Source of the DNA: Acidobacteriota bacterium
GTDB lineage: Bacteria > Acidobacteriota > Thermoanaerobaculia > Gp7-AA8
Assembly: GCA_019244185.1 (NCBI GenBank)
Contig: JAFATB010000013.1
Location: 130,762 to 194,761, forward strand
Length of the DNA stretch: 64,000 nt
Reading direction: 5' to 3'
Within the stretch, counting starts at the first letter, position 1; each line of letters begins with the position of its first letter. The notes under the pieces were generated by a model. It did not search any database, had not been told where the DNA came from, and saw only the letters and a program-made list of their open reading frames with translations. This document shows positions 1 to 9,250 of the stretch, piece after piece. The translations under genes were made by a program, and so were the position numbers.

Positions 1-1
1 C

Positions 2-217
2 TCGAATCAGCCGATCAACGGCCCCGGCGACGGCAACACGAACAGCGACTGGGTCATCACCGGCCCGCTCACGCTGCAACTCCGCGCCGAGCGCGCCGGC
101 TCGAACGACCGCGTCTACACGATCACGGTCGAGACGAAGGACGACGCCGGCAACGCCACGACGTCGACGGTGAAGGTCACCGTCACGCAGGGCGGCAAGC
201 AGCACGCCGTCCGGTAA
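2..217 (+). CDS. 3' end of a probably secreted protein (Ig-like C-terminal module), truncated by the window edge
   Basis: Frame 2 is open from the edge: SNQPINGPGDGNTNSDWVITGPLTLQLRAERAGSNDRVYTITVETKDDAGNATTSTVKVTVTQGGKQHAVR*, TAA at 215-217. The 'LRAER..RVYTITV..D..GN' pattern is a recurrent extracellular beta-sandwich motif. Not in the ORF track. Confidence 0.75.
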   Translation, partial: SNQPINGPGDGNTNSDWVITGPLTLQLRAERAGSNDRVYTITVETKDDAGNATTSTVKVTVTQGGKQHAVR

Positions 218-286
218 ACCGCAAGCATCACTCTTTCAGCGCCGCGATCGGAATGTTCCGGTCGCGGCGCTGTTGCGTTCGGGCGC

Positions 287-1206
287 ATGCTGTCCGTGCG
301 CGCATTCATCCTCGCGGGAGCGCTGCTGTTCCTCGGCGCCCGCGTCCCGTCCTTCGATCTTCCGCATCATTGCGGCGGCTGCGACGCCTGGAACGCGCCG
401 CGCGAGCCGTTCCGCATCTTCGGCAACAGCTACTTCGTCGGACCCGCGGGCCTCGGCTCGGTGCTCATCACGTCGCCGCGCGGACACATCCTGCTCGACG
501 GCGCGTTGCCGCAGTCGGCGCCGCTGATCGACGCGAACATCCGCAAGCTCGGCTTCCGCACGGAAGACATCCGCCTCATCGTGAACTCGCACGCGCATTA
601 CGACCACGCCGGCGGAATCGCAGCGCTGCAGCGGATCTCGAAGGCGACCGTAGCCGCGAGTGCTGCCGGCGCACGCGCGCTCCAAGATGGCGCGCCGACG
701 CCGACGATCCGCAGTTCGGCTTCGGACGCGAGACGAATGCGTTTCCCGCCGTGAAGCGCGTGCGCGTGGTGAACGATGGCGAGACGCTGCGCGTCGGGCC
801 GCTCGCGCTCACCGCGCACCTCACGCCCGGTCACACGCCGGGCAGCACGACCTGGACGTGGCGATCGTGCGAAGGAAAGCGCTGCCTCGATCTCGTGTAC
901 GCCGACAGCCTGACGTCCGTGTCCTCGGACGACTTTCGCTTCAGCGATCCCGCGCATCCGGCGCTCGCCGACACGTTCCGCCGCAGCATCGCGACGGTCG
1001 AACAGCTGCCGTGCGACATCATCATTTCCGTGCATCCGGGCTTCACCGATCTCGATGGCAAGCTCGCGCGCCGCGCGCAAACGCATGGCGGCGACGATCC
1101 GATGATCGATCCGAACGGCTGCCGCGCCTACGCTGCCGATGCGCGGCAACGGCTCGACGCGCGTCTCGCGCGCGAGCAGTACGCGAACGACCCGCCGGCG
1201 CACTGA
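287..1206 (+). pseudogene. Subclass B3 metallo-beta-lactamase, split by a 1-nt deletion near 702 (possibly a sequencing error)
   Basis: Frame of 287..754: signal peptide, WNAPREPFRIFGNSYFVG and the zinc motif SHAHYDHAGG. Frame of 253..1206 continues DDPQF...TPGHTPGSTTW...YADSL...CDIIISVHP. Junction GCG CCG ACG CC- GAC GAT. Confidence 0.85.
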
Positions 1207-1251
1207 ACGTGCGTCATTCTGCCCATCCGTACCGCGCCCGAGTCGCGCAGA

Positions 1252-1257
1252 TATAAT
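1252..1257 (+). promoter_or_regulatory. Candidate -10 element (TATAAT) for the DUF4388 gene
   Basis: Perfect TATAAT in a GC-rich intergenic stretch, 28 nt before the ATG at 1286. Confidence 0.5.
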
Positions 1258-1285
1258 TGCCCGCCTTTCGTCGGCGCTCGAAGTC

Positions 1286-2452
1286 ATGGCCCTTTCCGGC
1301 AATCTCATCACGATGCTCCCCGGTGATCTCCTCCAGTGGCTCAGCCTGGGGCAGAAGACCGGTACGCTCGTCATCAGCAACAAGCGCGTGGAGAAGAAGA
1401 TCTTCTTCCGCAACGGCCGCGTGATCTCGTCCGCGTCGAACGACCCGCGCGAGTACCTCGGGCAGTTCCTCATGAGCCACGGCTATCTCTCCGAGCCGGA
1501 GCTGAAGAAGGCCATGGAGGTGCAGCAGCAGTCGGGCATTCTCCTCGGCAAGATCCTGGTGATGATCGACGTCATCACCGAGCCCGATCTGCAGCGCTTC
1601 ATGCGCCTCAAAGCGGAAGAAGAGATCTACGACATCTTTCTCTGGAACGACGGCGAGTTCTACTTCGTCGACGACGAGCTGCCGCAGATGGAGATGATCC
1701 CGCTGCAGGTGGACGTCACCGGCATCATCATGGAAGGCACGCGGCGCGTCGACGAATGGGCGCGCATCCGCGAGCTCATTCCGAACGCCACCGTCATCCC
1801 GGTGCTGCTCAAGGAAGTCGACTACACCGATCTCGAGGAAGTGGAAGAGCCGATCGTGCGCGCCATCGACGGCAAGCGTCCGATCGCGGAGATCGTGCTC
1901 GAGAGCCGCTCGTCGGAGTTCACCGTGTCGTCGACCGTGCACGCGCTCGTGCGCCACGGTTTCTGCCGCCTGGTCGATCCGAGCACGCAGAAGATGGCCA
2001 AGATCGCGGAGGAAGCCGTCGTCGCCGCGGCGCCGCCGCCCGCCGCCGTGCGCGCGGAGTTCAACGAGGACGACGAGATCTCCGCGCTGCTCACCGCCGC
2101 GCAGAACGCGCTCCGCGCGCGCGACTTCGAGAAGACGCAGCGCCTCCTCCGCGCCGCGCAAAACCTCGATCCGAATCACCCGAAGGTCCGCACCGCGATC
2201 AAAGGCGCCGAGACCGTGATCCTCGGCGAGCTGCGCAATCAAGGCATGCTGGAAACGAAAGTCCCGCGCGTCGCCAAGCCGCTCGAAGAGATCACGCAGA
2301 TGAACTTCTCGCCGAACGAAGGCTTCATCCTCTCGCGCATCAACGGCACGTGGGACATCAGCTCGCTCATCAAGATCAGCCCGATCCGCGAGACCGACGC
2401 GATGCTGATCTTCTACAAGCTCTGGCGCGACGGGATTATCTCGCTGGACTAG
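1286..2452 (+). CDS. DUF4388 (PatA-N-like) domain protein with MshEN-like helices and a TPR-like segment
   Basis: MALSGNLITMLPGDLLQWLSLGQKTGTLVI...KIFFRNGRVISSAS...LGQFLMSHGYLS...IFLWNDGEFYF...IIMEGTRRVDEW is the typical DUF4388 pattern. Confidence 0.85.
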   Translation: MALSGNLITMLPGDLLQWLSLGQKTGTLVISNKRVEKKIFFRNGRVISSASNDPREYLGQFLMSHGYLSEPELKKAMEVQQQSGILLGKILVMIDVITEPDLQRFMRLKAEEEIYDIFLWNDGEFYFVDDELPQMEMIPLQVDVTGIIMEGTRRVDEWARIRELIPNATVIPVLLKEVDYTDLEEVEEPIVRAIDGKRPIAEIVLESRSSEFTVSSTVHALVRHGFCRLVDPSTQKMAKIAEEAVVAAAPPPAAVRAEFNEDDEISALLTAAQNALRARDFEKTQRLLRAAQNLDPNHPKVRTAIKGAETVILGELRNQGMLETKVPRVAKPLEEITQMNFSPNEGFILSRINGTWDISSLIKISPIRETDAMLIFYKLWRDGIISLD

Positions 2453-2458
2453 CGCGCG

Positions 2459-4207
2459 CTACTCGTCACCCCAGCGGCTCTGAAACACGTAACGCAGACC
2501 GTTGGAGATGCCGCCCGGGTAGACGGTGTTGTGCGTCTCGTTCTCCATGACTCTCGTGCGCAGCGCGAGCCCGTCGTACGCGTGCGCGCGCAGCTGCGCG
2601 GCGAACGCCTCGAGGTCGTCGATCATGCTGCCGTCGTCGCTGTGCTCGTGCGAGCCGACACAGAGATACGCGCGCACCGGCAGCGCGCGGTGCGTTTTCG
2701 CGAACTCCGACTCGATGCGCAACATGAGGTGATCGTCGTACCAGAGCGACGGGCTGACGGCGATGTAGCGCTGGAAGAGGCCGGGGCGCGCGAGCATCGC
2801 CCACAGCGTGAAGAGGCCGCCGTACGAATGGCCGGAGAGCGTGCGGTCGCCGGGGAGCGTCGCGTACTCCGCATCGATGCACGGGATGATCTCCTTCTCG
2901 ATGGTCTCGAGAAACTTCGGCCCGCCGCCGGAGACTTTCTGATACTCGGGACCGTAGCCGCCGGTCGGTGAGAACACGGGCGTGTAGTCGCGTGTGCGAT
3001 TGAGCCGGTACTGCAGCGGTCCGTCGTAGGCGATGCTGACGACGATCGCCTCGCCGAGGTCGTCGCGCTCGGAGAGATGGTCGACGATGTTGCGCACGAT
3101 GAGGAACGAGTAGTCGGCGTCGAGCGTGTAGATCACCGGGAAGCGCTTGCCCTCTTCGCCGTAGTGGTGGGGGAGTGCGACGTAGAGCTTGTACGCGACG
3201 CCGTTGGCGCGCGACGTGAGCGTCAGCGTCTCCGTGCCTCGACGCGCAGCGGCCGCGCGCCGCTGTCGCGCTGCTCGACCCAATGCGGCACGCGCGGCTC
3301 GCCGGCAAAGATCGCGCGATCGCGTCCCTCGGTGATCGCCCAGCGATGCAGCCACGTGATGCCGCCCGCGCCGGTGTAGCCGTCGACGGACTTGCGATAC
3401 GCCGGATGCTGCACCGCTTCATCCAGCGTGAACCCATTGATAGCCGCGGCCTTCGAGCGCCGTCAGCAGCGCGTCGAGCCAGTCCGCGTTGAGCTCGTTC
3501 GCGTGAATGAGCAGCGTCTGCGGAATCAGCTCGCCGGCGATGGCGCGCGACTGCGCTTCGTAGAAGTCGATCATCGTGAGCATGTAGCGGACGTAGTCCT
3601 CGCCGAGGCTCGCGGTGCGCAGACGATCGCCGCGTGCGGAGGCGTCGGCGTACGCGGCGGCGTAGATCCACTCCTCGTTGTCGATGGTCACGGGCGCGAT
3701 GCGGTAGCCGTGTTCGGCGAGGAAGGCGGCGGTGCGCTGCTGAATCTCGGGCGAGCGTCCGAGGTGCAGGAACGGATGGCGGAACCAGCGCACGCTGCTG
3801 CCGTGCGCGGCGGCGAGCGGCTTGATCTGGCGCTCGCCGCGCAGCACGTCGGCCAGCCAGAGATCGGGATCGACGGTATGCAGGTCGAGATGCGCGTAGC
3901 CGTGATTGCCGAGCTCCTGTCCCGCGGCGAGCCACTCGTCGAGCAGGTGCAGGCGGCGCGCGTCGACCTTGCCGTCGACCTCGAGCTTCGACTCGTTCAC
4001 GAACGCGACGGCCTTGACCTGATGCTTTTGCAGCGTGGCGAGCACGCGACGGGTGAGGTCTTCCTGCTGCTCCGCGCTGTACCGATCGATCTGCGCGAGC
4101 GGCAGGTCGTCCAGCGTGACCGCGATGCGGCGCGATTCGGCGGCGGGCGCGGCGCAGACGTGCGCGGCGGAGGCGGCGAGAGCGATGAGCAGCAGCAGTC
4201 GTTTCAT
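2459..4207 (-). CDS. Secreted polysaccharide deacetylase (NodB/CE4) fused to an IroE/Fes-like alpha/beta-hydrolase esterase; interrupted by two compensating indels (~3431, ~3237)
   Basis: Signal MKRLLLLIALAASAA; CE4 motifs VTLDDLP, GNHGYAH, WFRHPFL, LLIHAN. The deacetylase C-terminus (QHPAY..GYTGAGGITWLHRW) lies in the 3223..3414 frame. The esterase part has YTLDAD, RTRDYTP, GHSYGG and ETHNTV. The two large ORFs share one frame (4219-3355=864). Confidence 0.75.
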
Positions 4208-4218
4208 GGCGGCGAGCA

Positions 4219-4233
4219 TACTACATTGTAGTA
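4219..4233. promoter_or_regulatory. BlaI/CopY-type palindromic operator TACTACA-T-TGTAGTA
   Basis: Perfect 7-bp inverted repeat with TACA/TGTA half-sites, in the divergent gap upstream of the BlaI-family gene. Confidence 0.7.
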
Positions 4234-4273
4234 CATCGTCTGAAATGGAGTATCATGCCGCGCGAGGGCAACG

Positions 4274-4645
4274 ATGCCGAAGACGAAACTCCCGGAGCTC
4301 GGCGAGACGGAGCTCGTGCTCATGAAGACCTTGTGGCGCGCCGAGAGCATGAGCGCGCGCGAGATCCACGATGACCTCCCGGAGGCGCTCGAGTGGGCGT
4401 ACACGACCACGCGCAGCACGCTCGACCGCATGGTGGCGAAAGGGCTGGTCACGAAGACGGCCTGGCACGGGCTGTATCTCTACCGCGCCGCGATCGCGCG
4501 GCCGGAGGGCCTCGCCGGCTACATCCGCCGCTTCGCCGCGCGCGTGCTGGAGACCGAGCCGTCGAAAGTGGTGTCGCTGTTCATCGAAAAAGAATCGCTC
4601 TCGCGCGACGAGATCCGGCGCCTGCGCGCGCTGGTGGAAGACTGA
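4274..4645 (+). CDS. BlaI/MecI/CopY family transcriptional repressor
   Basis: LGETELVLMKTLW...SAREIH...WAYTTTRSTLDRMVAKGLV...LSRDEIRRLRALV. Directly upstream of an M56 gene. Confidence 0.92.
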   Translation: MPKTKLPELGETELVLMKTLWRAESMSAREIHDDLPEALEWAYTTTRSTLDRMVAKGLVTKTAWHGLYLYRAAIARPEGLAGYIRRFAARVLETEPSKVVSLFIEKESLSRDEIRRLRALVED

Positions 4646-4648
4646 CCG

Positions 4649-6031
4649 GTGCCGCTCGTCGCGTCGCTCCTCGTCACGGCTATCCATTCAACATTGCTGT
4701 GCGGCGTGGCTTGGCTCGCCTCCGCGGCCCTCGGCGCACGCCTGCCGCATCTGCGGCTCGCGCTTTGGTTGCTCGTCCTCCTGCGTCTCGTGCTGCCTCC
4801 CGCGGTCATGTCGCCGTGGACGCCCGTCGCGATGCCGAGCGTCTTTGACGCGCCGGAGCTCACCGCGGTGGAAGGCGACGACGGCGCGGCTGCAGAACCG
4901 TCTGCGCCTCATGCCGATGTGCACGCGACGCTCTTCGCCGCCGGTTGGGCCGCCGGGGCGTTGCTCCTGTTCGCGCGCTGGCGCCTCCTGCGTGCGCGGC
5001 ACGTCGCGATCGTGGCCGCGGCGGAAGACGCGAGTCCCGCGGCGCGCGCCATCGCCGACGATTGGCGCCGCCGCCTCGGCATCCGCCGTCCCGTGCGGCT
5101 GCTCGTCTCCACCGCGCACGCTACGCCGTTCACGATCGGCGTCCTCCGGCCCGCGGTCGTGCTGCCGTCGTCGTATGACGGCGACGAGCTCTCGATCGTC
5201 ATCGGCCACGAGCTCGCGCATGTGCGGCGGCTCGACGATCTCTGGTTGACGATCGAGGCCGCGCTGCGTTGTCTCTTCTTCGTTCATCCCGCGGCGTGGC
5301 TCGCCACCGCGCGGCTGCGCGACGTGCGCGAACAGCTCGCCGATGAACTGCTGCTCGATCGCGCGCGCGACGCGAGCCTCGGGCGCCGCGTCGCACGCAC
5401 GTTGCTCGCCGCGGCGGCACCGGCCGGCGATTCCTTCGCGGTCGCTGCGTTCGGCACCCGCGCGAGCGCGAGTCTCGCACGCCGCATCCGCCGGCTGCTC
5501 GCGCACGCGGAGCCGCGGCGGAAGCGGCTCGGCATCGCCGCCGGAATCGCCGCGGGCGCGTTCCTCCTGCCGATGGCGTTGCCCGCGCAGCGGCCGTCCG
5601 TCGATGCCGGCGCGCTCGCGCATCCGCTTCCCGGTGCGCGGATCACGTCGCCGTTCGGCGCGCGGCAGAATCCGTGGTCAAACGCGCGCGACGTGCATCA
5701 GGGAATCGATCTCGCCGCGCCGCGCGGAACCGCCGTGCACGCGGCGGCGGATGGAAACGTCGTCGTCGCAACGGAACGCTACGCACCGTCGCCGACGCAC
5801 GGCGCGGTGGTCATCGTGCAGCACGCGAACGGCCTCACGACGTTCTACTCGCATCTCGACGCGATCGACGTGCGCGTGGGGCAGCGCGTCGCGCGCGGCG
5901 ACGTCATCGGCCGCGTCGGCACGACCGGCCGCGTGACCGGACCGCATCTGCACTTCGAGCTGCGAACGCCGCGCGGACCGATCGATCCCTCGCCGCGGAT
6001 CTTCCTCAATGCTCGTCGAGTCCGCGACTGA
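4649..6031 (+). CDS. BlaR1-like M56 membrane metallopeptidase fused to a C-terminal M23 peptidase domain
   Basis: N-terminal TM helices, PFTIGVLRPAVVLP, HELAH zinc motif, EQLADE. C-terminal M23 motifs ITSPFG, HQGIDLAA, YSHL and TGPHLHFE. Confidence 0.9.
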   Translation: MPLVASLLVTAIHSTLLCGVAWLASAALGARLPHLRLALWLLVLLRLVLPPAVMSPWTPVAMPSVFDAPELTAVEGDDGAAAEPSAPHADVHATLFAAGWAAGALLLFARWRLLRARHVAIVAAAEDASPAARAIADDWRRRLGIRRPVRLLVSTAHATPFTIGVLRPAVVLPSSYDGDELSIVIGHELAHVRRLDDLWLTIEAALRCLFFVHPAAWLATARLRDVREQLADELLLDRARDASLGRRVARTLLAAAAPAGDSFAVAAFGTRASASLARRIRRLLAHAEPRRKRLGIAAGIAAGAFLLPMALPAQRPSVDAGALAHPLPGARITSPFGARQNPWSNARDVHQGIDLAAPRGTAVHAAADGNVVVATERYAPSPTHGAVVIVQHANGLTTFYSHLDAIDVRVGQRVARGDVIGRVGTTGRVTGPHLHFELRTPRGPIDPSPRIFLNARRVRD

Positions 6032-6416
6032 TGCGGAAGACGTGGCCGTCCGGATGGCGGACGTGCATCTCGCGCACGCCCCACGGCTGATCGCTCGGCG
6101 GCCACGTCACTTCGATTCCCTGCTCGACGCAGCGCCGGTGCACCTCGTCGACGTCTTCGACCCAGATCGACATCCATACGCCTTTGTCCGCGGAATCGCT
6201 GCCGTCGGGACCGAACGTATGCGCGAAGTCGCTCTTGCCGCGGCCCCCCTGGCCGTTCTCGCAAAGGAAGATCTCGCACGCGCCCGAGCAGACCGCGCCG
6301 AACCTCGGCGGCTCGCCCCAGTCCCACGCCTTCGACCAGCCGAGCTTCTCGAACCAGGCGAAGCTTTCCTGAATGTTCGAGACGTTGAGGATGGGATTCA
6401 GCGCATGCGCGTGCAT
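6006..6416 (-). CDS. VOC/glyoxalase/bleomycin-resistance family protein
   Basis: PILNVSNIQESFAWFEKLGW...VEDVDEVH...PSDQPWGVREMHVRHPDGHVFRI. Confidence 0.88.
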   Translation of the reverse strand: MHAHALNPILNVSNIQESFAWFEKLGWSKAWDWGEPPRFGAVCSGACEIFLCENGQGGRGKSDFAHTFGPDGSDSADKGVWMSIWVEDVDEVHRRCVEQGIEVTWPPSDQPWGVREMHVRHPDGHVFRISRGLDEH

Positions 6417-6425
6417 GCTGCCACG

Positions 6426-6881
6426 CTACTCCAACCCGATCGCCGCGCGCACCTCGACCTCGAGCGCATTCATCTCGCCGCTGTCGGTCTCATGGTCGTA
6501 GCCGAGCGCGTGGAGGATGCCGTGGAGAATCAAATAGCGGATCTCGGTCGCGAGCGAATGCTTCTCGTCCGCGGCCTGGCGGCGGGCCTGATCGACGGAG
6601 ATGACGATGTCGCCGAGGGGGCGGCCTTGTGCTTTGGCGGGCTCGTTGTAGGAGTCGTCGGCGGGGAAGGTGAGGACGTCCGTCGTGCGGTTCTTCTTGC
6701 GGAACTGGCGGTTGAGCGTCGTCATCGCGTCGTCGTCGACGAACGCGATCGAGGCTTCGGTGATCTCGTCCTTCAGCTTGTCGAGCTTCTCGAGCGTGAG
6801 CAGCACGGTTCTCGCGAACTCGGCGATCTCGCGCCGGCTGAAACGGGGGACGGCGGCCCCCGTCACCTCGATGTTGGTCAC
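6426..6881 (-). CDS. ybeY: rRNA maturation endoribonuclease YbeY
   Basis: LNRQFRKKNRTTDVLTF, LGDIVIS and HGILHALGYDH; follows phoH. Confidence 0.95.
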   Translation of the reverse strand: MTNIEVTGAAVPRFSRREIAEFARTVLLTLEKLDKLKDEITEASIAFVDDDAMTTLNRQFRKKNRTTDVLTFPADDSYNEPAKAQGRPLGDIVISVDQARRQAADEKHSLATEIRYLILHGILHALGYDHETDSGEMNALEVEVRAAIGLE

Positions 6882-7873
6882 GACGCGGTCCCGGTGCCCT
6901 GTTGCTTCTCGCGTTCCTTGTCGGCGCGGTCGTACGCGACGACGATGCGACCGACGAGCGGATGGCGCACGACGTCGCGATCGCTGAAGTCGAAGAAGCG
7001 CAGTCCTTCGAGTCCGTCGAGGATGCGGCGCACCTCGCGCAGTCCCGACTTCTTCCCTTCCGGAAGATCGACCTGCGTGATGTCGCCGGTGACGACCGCC
7101 TTCGAGCCGAAGCCGAGGCGCGTGAGGAACATCTTCATCTGCTCGGGCGTGGTGTTCTGCGCCTCGTCGAGGATGATGAACGAGTCGTTGAGCGTGCGGC
7201 CGCGCATGAACGCGAGCGGCGCGATCTCGATGATGCTGCGCTCCATCAGCTTCTCCACTTTCTCGAAGCCGATGATGTCGTAGAGCGAGTCGTACAGCGG
7301 GCGGAGATACGGGTTCACTTTCTCCGCGATGTCGCCGGGGAGGAAGCCGAGGCGCTCGCCCGCTTCGACGGCGGGGCGGCAGAGGATGATGCGCTTGATC
7401 TGCTTGTCCTGCAGCGCGGCCGCGGCGGCGGCGACGGCGAGATACGTCTTGCCGGTGCCGGCGGGGCCGACGCCGAACACGACGTCCTCGTCCTGAATGG
7501 CCTGCAGGTACATCTTCTGAGCCATGTTCCGCGGCGTGACGATGCGGCGGATGGATTGCTGCACGGCGTTGTCGGTGAAGAACTCGACGAGGTTCGTGTC
7601 GGGCACGTCGCGCACGACGCGAACGCCGGTGGAGACGTCCGACTTCTTCATCGGATAGCCCTGCTCGACGAGCTGCTGCAACTCGCCGAGGATCTTCTGC
7701 ACGGGCGCGATGTTCTCGGCCGCGCCGGAGACGAAGATCTCGCTGCCGCGCGAGGAGATCTTCACCGAGAAGGCGTCTTCGATCGCGCGGAGGTTCTCGT
7801 CGTGATTGCCGAACAGCGTATGCGTCTGCTGTTCGTCGAGGGTGAGCTCAATGGTGGTCTTCTGATCGGCCAT
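6878..7873 (-). CDS. phoH: PhoH family ATPase (YbeZ-like)
   Basis: GPAGTGKT Walker A, RPAVEAGERLGFLPGD, AFMRGRTL, DEAQN, VVRHPLV. Confidence 0.95.
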   Translation of the reverse strand: MADQKTTIELTLDEQQTHTLFGNHDENLRAIEDAFSVKISSRGSEIFVSGAAENIAPVQKILGELQQLVEQGYPMKKSDVSTGVRVVRDVPDTNLVEFFTDNAVQQSIRRIVTPRNMAQKMYLQAIQDEDVVFGVGPAGTGKTYLAVAAAAAALQDKQIKRIILCRPAVEAGERLGFLPGDIAEKVNPYLRPLYDSLYDIIGFEKVEKLMERSIIEIAPLAFMRGRTLNDSFIILDEAQNTTPEQMKMFLTRLGFGSKAVVTGDITQVDLPEGKKSGLREVRRILDGLEGLRFFDFSDRDVVRHPLVGRIVVAYDRADKEREKQQGTGTAS

Positions 7874-7879
7874 GCAACC

Positions 7880-8425
7880 TCATGCAATGAAAAAACTGAT
7901 CCATACCTCGCCGTACTCGGCGCGGCGCTGGAAGTGGAGTCGCTGAGTCTCTTTGGTCAACGGTTCGGTGTGCCTTCGATGCTCGATGGCGACGAGCGCA
8001 CCGCCGGCGAGAGCGGGCGTCTGATCGAGAGCGTCGAGGAGTGCGTCGTAACGGTCGAAGGCATAGGGCGGATCGGCGTAGATCACGTCGAAAACCTCGC
8101 CGCCGAGGCGGTTAATCCCGGCGAGCGCGTCGGCAGTCATCGTGCGAACGGGGACGTCGAGCGCCTTCGCCGCGCGATCGATTGCGGCGGTATGCGCGCG
8201 CGCGACGTCGATGGCGAGCGCCGCGGCGGCGCCGCGTGAAACGGCTTCGAACGAGAAGATGCCGCTGCCGGCGAAGAGATCGAGAAAGCGCGCGCCGGCG
8301 ATCCGGTCGGCGACGATGTTGAAGAAGGCTTGCCGCGCGCGCTCGGATGTCGGACGCAGGTCGGATTTCGGCACGGCGATGCGGCGTCCGCGCAACGCGC
8401 CGCCGGTGACGCGCAGCGTGCTCAC
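7880..8425 (-). CDS. rsmD: 16S rRNA m2G966 methyltransferase RsmD
   Basis: LRVTGGALRGRRI, RPTSER, LDLFAGSG, EAVSRGA, DPPY. Confidence 0.92.
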   Translation of the reverse strand: MSTLRVTGGALRGRRIAVPKSDLRPTSERARQAFFNIVADRIAGARFLDLFAGSGIFSFEAVSRGAAAALAIDVARAHTAAIDRAAKALDVPVRTMTADALAGINRLGGEVFDVIYADPPYAFDRYDALLDALDQTPALAGGALVAIEHRRHTEPLTKETQRLHFQRRAEYGEVWISFFIA

Positions 8426-9201
8426 CCCTTCGGCTTCGCTCCGACGAAGAAGAGGTTGAGGTCTTTCTTGGCGACGTAGATCGTCGTCGGCGCGTCGAGG
8501 CAGCGCAGCTCGACGACGCCCGGCGGATTGACGATGCGCATGACGCGATACGTTTTCTCGTCGTCGGCCACGAGCTCGTCGCCCGGCTTCGGCTCGTAGC
8601 CCGCGACCGTGCTCGTGACGCCGCGGTCCTCCGACATCGCGCGCAGCAGATCGCGCAAAGGCGCGACGAGATCGCCGAGCTCTTTCGGCGGCACCGCGGA
8701 CGGATGGAACGTGCGCTCGACGTACGAGTCGCCGCTGTAGATGCGCACGAGCGCGCGATGGCTGGCCTCGGGAGTGGAGAGCGACGCCTGGCGGATGTCG
8801 CGCAGCGTGTCCGCCTTCGCTGCGGCGAGATAGCGCTTCAGCGCGTCGGGGGGCAGGATCATCTTCTTCTGGATCGTGCCGACGCCGGTCATGCGCACGA
8901 CGACGAGGCCGCCCTCGAAGATGGAGAGCCGCTGCTCCACCTGGCCGTCTTTCATGAGGTAATCGATGAGGGGCTTCGGAAGATGTCCGTCGACGAGCTG
9001 CGGCCCCAGCGCCTGGCGCGCGCCGTCGAGATCGGGGATGTCGTAGCGCCGCATGCGCCGGCCGTTCGGCAGCGGCGTCGAGCCCGCGCCGCCCGGCGGT
9101 GCCGGCGCGACCTGCGTGATGTCGTGCTGCGCGCGCGCGGGGAACGCGACGCTGCCGATGACGATCAGTGCGAGCGCGGCGAGCGGGAGGCGGGGAGGCA
9201 T
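8422..9201 (-). CDS. Hypothetical exported protein, first gene of the rsmD-phoH-ybeY run
   Basis: Signal peptide MPPRLPLAALALIVIGSVAFPARA; typical codon usage; 4-nt overlap with rsmD. The N-terminal extension in the ORF track is a shadow of the opposite gene. Confidence 0.75.
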   Translation of the reverse strand: MPPRLPLAALALIVIGSVAFPARAQHDITQVAPAPPGGAGSTPLPNGRRMRRYDIPDLDGARQALGPQLVDGHLPKPLIDYLMKDGQVEQRLSIFEGGLVVVRMTGVGTIQKKMILPPDALKRYLAAAKADTLRDIRQASLSTPEASHRALVRIYSGDSYVERTFHPSAVPPKELGDLVAPLRDLLRAMSEDRGVTSTVAGYEPKPGDELVADDEKTYRVMRIVNPPGVVELRCLDAPTTIYVAKKDLNLFFVGAKPKG

Positions 9202-9250
9202 CGTTGTGTCGTTAGTGTAGCGCCGCGTCCGGCCGCGCGCGTGACGCGCT

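Noticed and set aside
3223-3414. Independent 63-aa small protein
   Set aside because: It is the frameshifted C-terminal part of the deacetylase domain.
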